This document shows positions 26,187 through 26,201 of a stretch of 26,201 bases of DNA, one piece after another. The DNA lies in the IMG/VR virus record IMGVR_UViG_3300006120_000082, positions 1 to 26,201 of that record; one strand, written 5' to 3'. The notes under the pieces were generated by a model. It did not search any database and was not told where the DNA came from. It worked only from the letters and a program-made list of their open reading frames with translations. The first letter of the stretch is position 1; each line of letters starts with the position of its first letter. The stretch is from a virus. Lineage: Duplodnaviria > Caudoviricetes. Both the position numbers and the translations under genes were made by a program.

Positions 26187-26201
26187 TTGTAGAAAATTAG
26201 C

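Noticed and set aside
1-26201. Alternative genetic code or prophage status
   Set aside because: Genes are full length under the standard code with TAA, TGA and TAG all used as stops; no integrase, att site or host genes are in the window, so lifestyle cannot be called.

Overview
All credible genes lie on the minus strand and form the late (morphogenesis and lysis) region of a long-tailed dsDNA phage with an HK97-type head, probably infecting a Gram-negative host (inferred from an Rz-like spanin and GT9-like genes). Read from right to left, the order is: terminase small and large subunits, portal, prohead protease, TWO tandem paralogous HK97-fold capsid proteins, head-tail adaptor, head closure, tail terminator, tail tube, small unknown, HK97 gp10-like, tail assembly chaperone with a lambda-type GGGAAAG -1 frameshift, tape measure, tail-tip genes, a GNAT-like gene, central tip protein, and a chaperone-matured beta-repeat fibre. 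An accessory cassette follows: a small adaptor-like gene behind a structured leader that buries its AUG, a 1014-aa Ser-Gly-aromatic repeat protein with C1q/BclA-like and CBM5/12-like domains, a methyltransferase-GT2-partial GT9 fusion and a separate GT9 C-terminal half. Membrane/lysis genes end the window. The best candidates for novelty are a phage-encoded glycosylated and methylated Ser-rich fibre system and the two-capsid-protein head. All assignments come from motif recognition by eye; no database searches were run. No integrase, tRNA, CRISPR array or reverse transcriptase was seen.
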